Part shown: one piece after another, positions 28,005 to 42,007 of the stretch
Layout of the letters: the number at the start of each line of letters is the position of its first letter
Numbering within the stretch: position 1 is the stretch's first letter
NCBI RefSeq assembly: GCF_009914755.1
Contig: NC_060928.1
Source of the DNA: the human T2T-CHM13v2.0 reference genome, Homo sapiens
Strand: one strand, 5' to 3'
Length of the DNA stretch: 64,000 bases
The notes under the pieces: generated by a model
Database searches by the model: none
Told to the model about the DNA's origin: nothing
Seen by the model: the letters and a program-made list of their open reading frames with translations, nothing else
Position numbers and translations under genes: made by a program

Positions 28005-28122
28005 CTAAAAAAAAAAAAAAAAGAAATCAACTTTAACCTCATCAGAACTCATCTTTAGCAACTCTTTGAAGACAGCACCACCTAGAAAATGACCCCCACG
28101 TCTGTGGAAGCCCACATACTTA

Positions 28123-28239
<117 letters not shown>

Positions 28240-28642
28240 CTAGGGAAAAAAAATCAGAAGAATTAAATGTTTGAAGATAAGAAATGGGAAAAACAGTTGT
28301 TTGGGGGAATTTTTTTTTTTTTTTTTGGAATTTTTAAAAATGAGTTGTCATTTTGTTCTTTAAAACAATTTGAGAATGTCATGTGGACCAGGCACTGTGT
28401 GAAGTGCTACGCACATTGTTAGGATTCATTTCATCTTTCTAAAAACCTTGAGTAGATCCTATTATTATGTTTATTTTACAAACGAGGAGCAGAAACAGCA
28501 AGTGGTAAAGCCAGGATGCGAATCTAGGCCACTCCAACCCAACTTCTAACCACCCCAAACAGATTCCCTTTGTTGCCCGACCATCCAGTAATCAGAGCAT
28601 GGATGGCCAGCAGGTTTGAGTTTCAGTCCCTCTTATGAGTTG

Positions 28643-28644
<2 letters not shown>

Positions 28645-28685
<41 letters not shown>

Positions 28686-28971
28686 TTATTTTAGACAGAA
28701 TCTCACTCTGTCGCCCAGGCTAGAGTGCAGTGGTGCGATCTCGGCTCACTGCAAGCTCCGCCTCCTGGGTTCATGCCATTCTCCTGCCTCAGCCTCCTGA
28801 GTAGCTGGGGCTACAGGCGTCCGCCACCACGCCTGGCTGATTTTTTGTATTTTTAGTAGAGACGGGGTTTCACCGGGTTAGCCAGGATGGTCTGGATCCC
28901 CTGACCTCATTATCTGCCCACCTCGGCCTCCCAAAGTGCTGAGATTACAGGCGTGAGCCACCGCGCCTGGC
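28645..28971 (-). mobile_element. AluY-like
   Basis: 'gcaagctccgcctcctgggttcatgccattc' diagnostic; TSD tgagttgtt. Confidence 0.93.
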
Positions 28972-29001
28972 TGAGTTGTTTGTTATTAAGATGACAAATT
29001 A

Positions 29002-29303
<302 letters not shown>

Positions 29304-30689
29304 AGATGACAAATTAACCCTTCTGGCTTTGTTCTGCATCTGAGCAGCTGAGATGCTTGCATCTTCATTCCATGACATTACTGTGTCAAGAAGTTAGAAA
29401 CAATGCTCACTGCATGCTAGGGTCTCAATCAATGTTTCACGTTTAATTTAACCAATCTTGAAGGTATATAGAAGGTAGATGACCATGTTTTGTCTAAAGA
29501 GCAATGTTAAAGTATCCTTTTTTAAATAGTTGCCAACATTTTTAAGTCAGATTTCACATGTAAACCTGGATTTACATCCTTTCTTGAAAATTCTAAAGTT
29601 CCATCTCTTAACATTGAACCCTTATTCCCACAAAGCAAGAGTCTGGAAGTGGTTCTTCCTTCAAGGGGACATTTGTCCTCAGTGGTGACACAGTCTACAC
29701 CACTCATATCTGCAAGGTGATATTCCAAATGATGTAACCTTATGGACCAATCAGGACAAACACACAATGTATAGATGTCACGGGCTGAATGCCACTCTGG
29801 CCAGCATCCTACACTTGGCCTGCTATGTAAATCTACAACCTGCCAACTTCCTACGTAAGTTCGAGTCTGACAATATCCCTGCCTTAGGATAATGCTGTCA
29901 GTAACACTAGAACGACTCTCCCCAGCCCACCATGAGGCCAAATGCCACTTGGAAATAACACCTGCTTCACCCTCACAGCTTGACCCTGCATTTCTGCTTT
30001 GCTCCTGGCTGAGTTCAGAATTACAGAGGTGGCACCACCTCTTGGCTCCTAACTTCCAGTCAATTTGTTCCCCCTTCCCTCTATGTTCTGTTAGATTTCT
30101 GTTTTCAACCTTGTCTTGAGAGGCTTTATAACTTTATAACAACCTTATCCTTTTTCTGGAAGCTGCCTCAATCCTTTTGGGGACAATTGAGATACAAAAT
30201 AAACATGTTAGCTAGCCCACAGTCTATCGTATTGACTAAATGGATGCCCAGAGCTCTTCCTTACGATGTAAACCCTCTGCTACACAGCTCCAGCCTATGA
30301 TCTTCCTGAGCAGCCTCTAGGCCTCCCCTCTGTCCCTGGTGATCTGTGGAAAGGCATCTGGTGGCTATGTGGTTCGACTGAATGGGGTGGGTGGTGGAGG
30401 CTGGACATAGAGAGACGTCAATTCAGAATCAAGCAGGTTGGCTCTGGACTCCCCTAATGAAGGCTTCAGTCAAAGCTGGCGGCAGGGGCCACCAAGCACA
30501 GGACAAGAAAAGTAGTTGCAAGAAGAAGGAAGCATCCAGGAAGCAGGGCCTAGGGTCTGCGTGGTTGGGTCGGAGGCAGAATCCTTTTCACTCAGGCATG
30601 AAAGACCCTCCAGCAGACAGATGGACAAGTGAACGAGGGAGGTGGACAGACAGGGCAATAGGGATGAACTGTGCCAGAGAGCTACCTGA

Positions 30690-31510
30690 CAATGCATCAG
30701 TGATACTCTGTGCCAGGTATTATGCCAGACAACAGGGACACAGCCTTGAATGCACTGGTGACTCATGGAGTGGAGAGTCTAGAGTGTGCTGGAGAGACAG
30801 GTCTTAATCAAAGAAACATATAAATATGTAATTGAAACAGCAATAACATCTCTAAAGGAAAAGCATAGAGTTCTACAGGAATGAGGAAAACGGAGCTCAG
30901 CCTAGTTTTGGGGATCAGAAAAGGCTTCCTGGAAAAAAGACATGTTTGAGCTAAGACCTGAAGGCGGAACAACAATAGTAGTGAATATTCATTGAGTGCT
31001 GATGTTCCAACAGCGTGAAGGGCTTCACATGTGACCTCTCACTGAATCATCAAAACAGCCCATGTAGGCGAGGAACTCAGAAAATTTCAGGAATTTTTCA
31101 GTCACAGAGTTCTGAAAATGTAGAAGTGGAATTTTCATTTAGAGTTGATGTTCTCCACCATTGTGTTACCAGACCTGGAGGAGTTAGGTCTTAAAGTGGG
31201 GAGTGGGTAGGTGGGAAGCGGAAGAGGAGAGAGAAAGAGAAAGGCGGCGTGTGCCCATCTCCAGTCCAGGCAGAAGAAACGGCATGTGCATGGGCCCTAA
31301 GGTGGGGAAATTGAGATTTATTTGATGAAGTGAAAGAAGATGAGTATGTCTGGAGCACAGAAAGAAAGGCGGGCAGGCAGAGAGCACACAGTGAGATCTG
31401 GAATGGGGAGGCTCAGCCATGCAGAGCCTAGTATGGGCTATGAGGAATCCTGATCTTTAGATAGCAATGGGAAGCCACTGAGGTGCTTTCAGCAGAGGGA
31501 GAGGATCCAC
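30690..31510 (+). mobile_element. L2 fragments, with a possible MIR insert
   Basis: 'gcaatgggaagccactgagg' and 'aggcttcctggaaa...tttgagctaagacctgaagg' L2 motifs. Confidence 0.55.
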
Positions 31511-31825
31511 TCACAGAGAGAGTCAGCATCTGTTGAGGAGGGAACAGAGCTGAGGATTAAGCCTGACTAACTGGAACTTACCATCCCAATAGTCACATTT
31601 CTAAGGGCTTTTTAATGACAAATGAAATTTGATGCAACTTTGGGGTTGTAAATGTAGTTGTACTGAGTATTCTTTTGAAGATGAGAAATCTGCACACCCG
31701 TGACTGTCTTTCTGATTATTCTGAACTAACAGGAGTTTTCTCCCTGCAGGTCTCCTGACTCATAAATATAATCCTAGTGAGGAAAGAAGACAACCGCCCA
31801 GAACTTTGACTTTTCTAGTCTATTA

Positions 31826-32065
<240 letters not shown>

Positions 32066-32182
32066 CTAGGGGGGTGGAAACACAGGGAAACTTTGAGCTG
32101 CATCCACAAAAACCCAAAGGAATGAGACATGCCATTTACTTTTGACTTGGTGTCACAAAAAGGATCTCCATGTCCTCTAAGA

Positions 32183-32674
32183 CAGGGGTCCCCAACTCCC
32201 GGGTCACAGATGGATACCAGCTAGTACCGGTCCACAGCCTGTTAGGAACTGGGCTCCACAGCAGGAAGTGAGTGGCGGGTGAGCAAGCAAAGCTTCACCT
32301 GTATTTACAGCTGCTCCTCATCTCTTATGTTACTGCCTGAGCTCCACCTCCTGTCAGAGCAGCAGCAGCATTAGATTCTCATAGGAGCATGAACCCTATT
32401 GTGGAACTGCACATGCGAGGAATCTCAATTGTGCTCCTTATGAGAATCTAATGCCTGATGATCTGTCACTGTCTCCCATTACTCCCACTGATTCTACACT
32501 GTGGTGAATTGCATAATTATTTCATTATATATTACAATGTATTAATAATAGAAATAAAGTGCACTATAAATGTAATGCCCTTGAATCATCCTGAAACTAC
32601 CTCCACCCCCGGCCTGTGGAAAAACTGTCTTCCACTAAACCAGTCCCTGGTGCCAAAAAGGCTGGGGACTGCTG
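32183..32674. mobile_element. MER1 (MER1A-like) hAT DNA transposon
   Basis: caggggtcccca...tggggactgctg TIRs; 8-bp TSD ctctaaga on both sides. Confidence 0.9.
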
Positions 32675-32731
32675 CTCTAAGACATGGAACTGACGGCTGA
32701 TGTGCATGGATGAGTTCTGCATATACAGTTA

Positions 32732-33054
32732 CAGTTGGCCCTCCATATCCCTGAATTCTGCATCCATGGATTCAACCAATCATAGATTAAAACATATTCA
32801 GAAAACAATGGATAGTTGTACCTTTACTGAACATGTACAGACTTTTTTTAATACAGTATACCAACTATTTACATAGCATGTACATTGTATTAGGTATTAT
32901 AAGTAATCTAGAGAGATTTAAAGCACACAGGAGGATGTGCATAGGTTATGTGCAAATAACTATATCTTTTATATAAGGGACTTGAGCACCCAAGGATTTT
33001 GGTATCTGCAGGGGACTCTGGAACGAATAACCCATGGATACTGAGGGACAATTG
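32732..33054. mobile_element. Tigger-family DNA transposon remnant
   Basis: ta-cagttggccctccatatcc ... ggatactgagggacaattg-ta. Confidence 0.8.
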
Positions 33055-33469
33055 TATATATTTTAAAGCAAGATCCTTATTCTCTCTGAGCCTCGGTTTC
33101 CAGTTTCCTCATTTGTTTTGGAACAGTGAGACCCAGCCTACAGGACTCTGAGAGAATTAAAAAGTTCTCGTGCCCAGCATAGTGTTTTAGTTCAAATTTG
33201 TTACCTGGCCCCTTTGTTACCTGAAAAAGGGGGTGGGAAGCAAATGGAAGAACTGCATATGGCAAAGGTGAGCAAAGGGGACCAGGAGGTGGCTGTCCTC
33301 TGACCTGGTGGGAAGCCCCAGAAGTCTTGGTCCTGCACATCAATGTCCTTTCACTTACTTCCTACCAAATTATGGGAAATTTAATTTTATTTCTTCCAGA
33401 TTTTACCCTAGAAAATGGCTATCCTGAAACTTGACCCCCCTTAACATTCATAAAAGATAAACTACTTAC

Positions 33470-33538
33470 AGAGAACTCGATCCACTGCAGATAATGTTCA
33501 AAATATCCTATTATTGTTCTCCCATACTTCTTAGTTTC
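33470..33538 (-). CDS. PROM1: PROM1 exon c.2212-2280 (ETKKYGRT...WIEFS)
   Basis: CCAG|GAAAC ... TCT|GTAAGT, 69 nt. Confidence 0.97.
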
Positions 33539-33693
33539 CTGGAAAGAAACAAAAGATGAGTAGAAGCATTAAAATGATGACAGCATACTTAAACATTTAA
33601 GTATGCTTATTTAATCTGTATTAAATATTTAATACAGATAAAAATATTTAATCTGTAACATTCAAGTGCCCACTTATGGACACGCTTACTTTA

Positions 33694-33819
<126 letters not shown>

Positions 33820-34759
33820 TCAAGTCATAGAAAGTTTTAATTAGACAATTTGCATATTGATTCAAGTACTGTAACTCAGCTCTGCAACACCACGACCTGG
33901 ACCTGCTAGTTAAGAGGAAGACAGAACCCACCCAGCCCCCTGAGGGCAGGGAAGGAGATGAGCTGAAAGTGAGCATTTACTCTAGCCCAGACACTGGGCT
34001 AGTCCTTGATAGGAATGGCCTTGCTGGACTTGCTGGAAACTCACAACGAGGCAGGAAGGAAGGTACTGTTTGTTAGGTTCCCTTCACAAATGAGGCAGCT
34101 CAGCCTCTTCACGGTCACCATGCTGGGGAAACATACGACAATGCTGGGATTTGCACCGAACTTTTTTTTTTTTCACTACAAAACCCATAGTCTTTGCACT
34201 ACAACACAAGCAAAGACGAGTCCTCTGCCAACCCACATGGCAGCTTGGTGCAAATTGGAAATGGGGCCTTTTCTGCCCAGGGACCTCAGGGCACAGAGCC
34301 TGGCAACTCAGTCAATGGCCAGTTTCTGCCCTCGACTAACCCCCTTGGCTGGGCCCCTCATGAAAGGCCTTGCACCACTGCACACCCTCGCCCTGTTCAC
34401 AGAGGTAGCAAAGCACCTGCACGTAGTCACTGGTGTGTTTCCAGGTTCCCCTGGCATGAGACACACACCTATGAAATGGCAACTGTGATCAGAGGCATAG
34501 CGAGGGTCCTGGAGCAGAGTAAATCTAAACATCTTCAAAGGAGCTGAGCCATGATGTTGGTCTCACTGAGAAAAGTGGAAGGAGGAACATTTAGTTTTAT
34601 CCTGTGGGGCTGATACCCAAAACCTCTCATGTACAGACTATTCCGTTCAATGAAAAAATATCTTCTGAGTTGCCCATTGGTACTGTAGATACAAGATGAA
34701 TACAACCCAGCCTTGCAGCTCTGTGTCTGCTGAGGGAATGCTTGCAGCCCACACATGGC

Positions 34760-35135
34760 CCCTGTGGTAGGTAGATTGCATTAGCTGTTCAGGATTATTG
34801 ATATGCTCCTTGGATGGCTTCCCAGAGCGTGGAGTATACTTCCCCAGCCAGACGACGATGTGTGTGACCATGTGACTTGCTTTGGCCAATGGAACGCTGG
34901 TGAAGGGGCAGGGTGCCCATTCTGAGCTTAAAGGACAACCTGTGCCTCCACTCATCCCCTGAACTCCTGTCCTCCACTATGAGGACATGAGGTGCCCCAG
35001 ACAGGAGCTGCTCCTTCAGGCCGGGTCTCTCAATGGGAAGATGTGTAGAGAAGCCTGCTGTCAAACCAGCAGGGAAAATGAACATTTATACTTAGAAGGC
35101 ACTGAGGTTTGGGATTGTGTGTTAGGCAGCATTAT
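34760..35135 (+). mobile_element. Old MLT1-family LTR
   Basis: 'ccatgtgacttgctttggccaatggaa' motif. Confidence 0.6.
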
Positions 35136-35413
35136 CTCTGTGAAAGGGACCAATGTACCTTCCAAGCTTGCATCCTACACATCAAAACATAGATTTCACC
35201 TATGTATCTAATAGCCTGCTAAGATGAGGTCTGCACTTAGAGAAGTACTTGTAGAAAGGAAATAGTAGGAAAGCCCAATTTGCTATTTAAAATAGGTAGA
35301 TAACTGAGGCTTTTTTTTTAACTTAAAGTACCTACAAAAATCCACATTTCTAGCATTCTTTGTGTGGTATTTTATAACAAAACCCCATGACAGAAAACAA
35401 AGTAAACCCTTAC

Positions 35414-35467
35414 CAACAATCCATTCCCTGTGCGTTGAAGTATCTTGACGCTTTGGTATAGAGTGCT
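35414..35467 (-). CDS. PROM1: PROM1 exon c.2077-2130 (STLYQSVKILQRTGNGLL)
   Basis: GCCAG|AGCAC ... TTG|GTAAGG, 54 nt. Confidence 0.97.
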
Positions 35468-35601
35468 CTGGCAAGAAACAGATAATATTTCCAAAATTAT
35501 TACATGAAGCAGCAAGATCACATACCTTGTGTCCTCCCTTCCCACAAGATAGCCATCAAATCTGTCTTTACACTGTAATGGTTTCATTCTAGAAAAAATA
35601 A

Positions 35602-35927
<326 letters not shown>

Positions 35928-36123
35928 AACAATGTGTACTTTCTATGCCTCTGGTGTAAGAAAACCTGAAGAAAACATTGGATACATATCCTAAAGCTGT
36001 GAAGAACAGCAAATCACATGTGAGGCATCCAAGAAATCCCTTTGAATTAGGTTTGATCAAAGTGGAAGGCATTATTTAAAGCAGAGCCTGCCCCGCAAGA
36101 GTGGTTAACCTGAATGGTTTAGA

Positions 36124-36353
36124 CAGGAAGTTGACAAACTTTATCTGTAAAAGACCAGAGTAAACACTTTAGGTTTTATCTGCGGTAGTCCCAACTACTC
36201 AACTTTGTCCTTGTAATCAAAAGCAGCCACAGAGAGTTTGCAAATGAGTGGGTGTGGCCATATTCCAATACAATTTTATTTACAAAAACTGCTGGTAGGC
36301 TGAATTTAGCCTGCAGGCTGTAGTTTGCAGGGTCCCTAGTTTGCCAACCCCTG
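36124..36353. mobile_element. MER58A-like DNA transposon
   Basis: caggaagttgacaaactttatctgtaaaagaccaga ... tttgccaacccctg; flanks gtttaga. Confidence 0.8.
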
Positions 36354-37128
36354 GTTTAGATCATAGGTCTCAGGTAGGAAGCACTCTGCCTATTTGTGGA
36401 CAGGTTGCCCTAGCTCTGAAAAGGCCAAAGGGTCCTGTGTACTTGGGAAAAAAGCATTTAAAAAAATGCAAAACCAGCTTAAAATGTTAACAAATTTGTG
36501 TTAGGCATAAACCAGTTACAGAAAATTGTAAATAGCACTGGACACAATTAAGAAAATTCAGTGACAGGACTTTGTGAATAATCTAATAAATTAGGAAATT
36601 GAGAGAGAAAAAAAGAGTATTGGAAATTAGTTCTGGGAAGTTTAGTGGTTGGGATGTTCGGATGTTTGGATGTTGGGGCTAAGTGGATTTACTTGCTTGT
36701 CCAAACCTGAGCAAGCTGATTCAGTAACCCAGTTTCCACACACTTCTCTCCTTGATGGCTACAAATACGGCCCACACACAAGCATAATATAATAATTCCT
36801 CCTCTTTACTGAGATCCTCTGAGGTCAGGTCCTTCATTTCCATGAACAGGTAAGAGCAAGGCAGTTATTGATCCCAACATTTTTAGATGAGGAAACTGAG
36901 AAGCTACAATAGTTTGGAGAGCCAGAAGCAGAATTTAAAACCAGGTCTGTCTAACTCCAAAGCCCACATTCTTTCTTTGTTAGAAACTGCCTTTATTGCA
37001 TTAAGAAAAGAAGCCAGAAGGTGGTGAGAAGCAAATGGAAAGGATGGAAGAGAGGAGAGACGAAGCAACGCCCATCGAGACAGCAGACAGGGCTAAGTGG
37101 ATCTACACAGAGAAGCACTTAACCTCAC

Positions 37129-37140
37129 CTTCACATATTT
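37129..37140 (-). CDS. PROM1: PROM1 12-nt microexon (KYVK), probable retina-specific exon
   Basis: TTCTTTTTCTCCGAGCTTTGTCTAG|AAATATGTGAAG|GTGAGG; phase 0; position matches the recalled mouse KFVRVR insertion. Confidence 0.75.
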
Positions 37141-37446
37141 CTAGACAAAGCTCGGAGAAAAAGAATCAAGTGAGTCCACAGCATTGTAGCTAAATGCGGG
37201 GCATAGGAGGGCCTGCTCACAGCAATGGAAACTAGAGCAAGGTGGAAGAGACAGCCACAGATTTTATCTAACTGTTCACACTCAAATGAAAAACGGAAGG
37301 GAATAAGCAGCAGAGGGAGGTGCAATTATTTTGTCTAAAGGCCAGCTCAACTTCTGGGGCTGAAGCCAGTCAGCTGGGACCTATGAGAGATGAGCATGTG
37401 TCATGAGGCTAAATGAAAGCCAACTAGCTGCAGTAGATTTTGCTCA

Positions 37447-37575
<129 letters not shown>

Positions 37576-38479
37576 CTACAAAAAGAATAAAAAACAAAGA
37601 TCAATACCATCTTTCCAGACTCAAAGCACTCTCGCTATCCTCAGGGGCCCTGTGTAGCCAGGAGGGCTGCCATGACATAAGCATGCAATGATGGCTGTGA
37701 GTGGGCATGGGGGCTGGTGTGAGGGACAGTGCCAAGACACCCTCCTTCAAAGCACAGAACCATGGACTCTCAGCAATAACCCACACCCAAGAGCCCTTCC
37801 TGAGTGCCAGAGACTGTGTTCTCTCCACCTCACCATGATACAGCCACTCTCAGTTTCCCATTTTACAGGTGAGAAAACCAAGGACCCATAGAGAAATTTT
37901 TATTTAACCCACACTCAACGAATGTTTAATTTATTAATGAATAACAATCCTATAAGGTAGATACCATTACCCCATTTTACAGATGAGGAAACTAAGGCAG
38001 AAGGGAGAAATAACTTGCCTAAGCTCCTATACCGAGTCAAGACTTAGACCCAGGTCTTCTTCAAGAGCCCAGGTTCCTCGTCACCATGGCGTGCTGCTTC
38101 TTGGACGGGGCCAGTTAAGGCCAAGTAGTCACCAACCAGCAGAGGAGTTGAAAGGGGAAGCTTATGGGGCTGGGGTGGTACCTCTGCCTTCCCTCATCAC
38201 TTACTATTGGTAACTCAAAGCAACACATGAAATCTTCCTCCCACAGCCCCAGGTACTATTCCCTACACAGCAGGAAAACAACCTGTGTGCATGGGCGGGT
38301 GTGTTTAGAAGTGGAGGGGTTGACAGAGGTGGAAACAGATCCAGAGCTAAAGTAGTGAGGGTGCCCGCACTCAGAGCAGAGGGTGGAAGGCTGCAGTCAT
38401 CTTGAGATAGAAGGCAGGTGGGACTCCGGACCAGACTGAAGACTGGCGGAAACCAGAAAGAGGAGCCCAAAGCACCTCT

Positions 38480-38745
38480 CCCTGTCCATCACCATAAGGC
38501 ATGCCCGCCAGCGCCATGACAGCTAACCATTGCCATGGCAACACTGGGAAGTTACCACTCATTTTCTAGCTATTTCTGAACAACCTGCCACTTAATTAGC
38601 ATTCCATTGAAAGTGGTTATAAATAAGACTACAAAACTGTCCCTAGGCTGCTACTTTCTGCACACCGCCTATGGGGTAGCCCCCCTCCAGAAGAGCAGTC
38701 TCTGAGCTGTAACCCTGCCACTGCCTCAATAAAGCAGGTTTCACC
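38480..38745 (+). mobile_element. ERV1 LTR fragment (MER50/MER41 group), antisense to PROM1
   Basis: 'cagcgccatgacag...ttgccatggcaacac...gaagttacc', TATAAAT near 38618, 'gcctatggggtagcc', AATAAA near 38728. Confidence 0.65.
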
Positions 38746-38972
38746 TGCCCTGCATCAACCCGACACCATCCTGGCAACATTCAAGGCTCAGAGGGGTTTG
38801 GGACACATGGCAATGGCTGTGGACGGAAACGTAATGACACACACAAGAGAGGTGTTTATGAACAAGGGATTACTCACAGTGTGAGGAACCTCTCCAGCAG
38901 CTTCCCTAAGAATGGTACTGACATTTGACATCTACAACTACTACAGTATTTAACCGGACGATTTGAACTCAC

Positions 38973-39044
38973 CAAACTGTTTGCTTTTGCTTCTAGATCA
39001 TATGCAAATGATAAAAGATTCACTCCTGCGGGGGATTTACCAGT
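38973..39044 (-). CDS. PROM1: PROM1 exon c.1912-1983 (TGKSPAG...KANSL)
   Basis: TGTAG|ACTGG ... TTG|GTGAGT, 72 nt. Confidence 0.97.
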
Positions 39045-39239
39045 CTACAATAGAAGTGAAAAAAATTGTCTTATGGATATGGGATCTTTAAGCCTTAACA
39101 CAACATCTAGTAGGCAACAGATTAAACATGGATTCATAACCATAAAGTAATCATGTGAGGTCAGAAACTCTTAAACAGGTGGCAACATTTGCATTCTTAT
39201 TTATACATATAAAGCCATATTTTTATTCAATCATATTAT

Positions 39240-39920
<681 letters not shown>

Positions 39921-39995
39921 CAAAAGCAAAACAGAAATACACATCTGACACTTTAATTTCTCCTAAAGGATCAAGCATGAACACATGCGCCATAC

Positions 39996-40139
39996 CTGAG
40001 CCAAGTAGCTGTCATAATTCATTCTGTCTATTCCACAAGCAGCAAAATCCTGAAGGTTTTTTCTTCCTGCTGCACCCAACAGAAAGATATTAAGATTTAC
40101 CTTCAGACTTTCCAATTCACTGCTTATGCTTCCAGTATG
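39996..40139 (-). CDS. PROM1: PROM1 exon c.1768-1911 (HTGSISS...SYLAQ)
   Basis: CGCAG|CATAC ... CAG|GTATG, 144 nt. Confidence 0.97.
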
Positions 40140-40205
40140 CTGCGAAAAAAGGAAGTTACAAATCAGTCCCTTATTCTCCAAGAATGTCACAAACCAAATG
40201 CTTTA

Positions 40206-40347
<142 letters not shown>

Positions 40348-41656
40348 TTTTAAACATAAATTTAAAAAATAAATAAAAAATAAACAGCAATCAAACCACA
40401 AAAGACAAAAAAAATGTGCAAGCACTTGACTGGCATCTCTTCCTGGTACTTCCCATCCTGTTCATTTCCCATCTCTTTCTCTATGGGTCCCATGGCTTCT
40501 AAGCCTCCAGCTTTGACAAACAGAGAAGCTGAAAGGGACACAGGGTAGGCTGGCATTCCAGGGAAGGAAACAGTACACACAACAGCTGGGAGTAGGAAGA
40601 AATGGGAGATATCATTTGGGGAACAGTGTTTAGTTACTTGGGCAAAGATTATGGAAACACGGTTGGTGATTCAGGGTTGTATTGATAGTCAGCAGTTTCC
40701 AGCAGCATGGAGTGCCTGCACGTCCCAGGCAACCTCTCCAACTGCCATCCACCATAGCACACAGAGAAGTGACCCACAGCACGACGGGCATCTATTTAGG
40801 GTTTGGTTACAAAATTATGTCTGTTTAATGTATATGTATGGACTATTTAGGGAAGATAATAAACATTTCATATACAGCTTTCAAACACAGCTTTTCACAT
40901 TTGAAAACCATCAAGCCATCATGGCCTCATGGTAACTCTAGCAGCAGTGCGCAAGCTGTGGGGGCTTGGGAATAGCCTCTTCCCTTGGGATCCCTTTGTT
41001 TCTGCTCTCATTCTGGAAACCCAAAAGAGAGATGACAGTCTAGATTCTTTCTGGCAGAAAGTCAGAAGAGGCCTCCAGGTACGGGGAGTGGGGTTGGTCT
41101 AGGTTAACGGCACCCTAGGCCTGGGCAGCTGAAACTCTTGCTCTTTCTTCAGGCCAGTGTGCCCTGGAATGGTCTTTCCTCCAAATCTTAAGACTCAAGA
41201 CTGGGGTGTGGGCTCTGGCAAAAGAAAAGAGGAGGTTCTGTCGGCTTCCATCCTTTGCTTTAGTTCACACTGGAGTCCTGGGGCCACCTTGCGACTCATA
41301 AGGAAGGAGAACGGTATGGACCATGCTCCTCCACACTGAGTGCCCAATTTCAGAGACTGGCAGAAAGGGAGGCTGGTCTTGGAGTGAGAGCCTTCCTGAG
41401 GAACAAATAGGGATTGTTCCCACAAAAACGTCTATACTCAGCAAAATGACATCTTTCCCTGTGAAGTGTCCACAGTGAGACCCCTCTAGAGGCTCTTGCA
41501 TAATCCACTAGGAAAACTCAAACCACAAGAAAGACAACTGGTCGGGCAGTGAGAAAACGTTTTGGAACCAAATAGAGGTGAAGGTTACACAGCCATGTAA
41601 ATATACCAAACATCACTTTTAAATAGTTAATTTTATCTTTTGCAAATTTCATCTCA

Positions 41657-42007
<351 letters not shown>

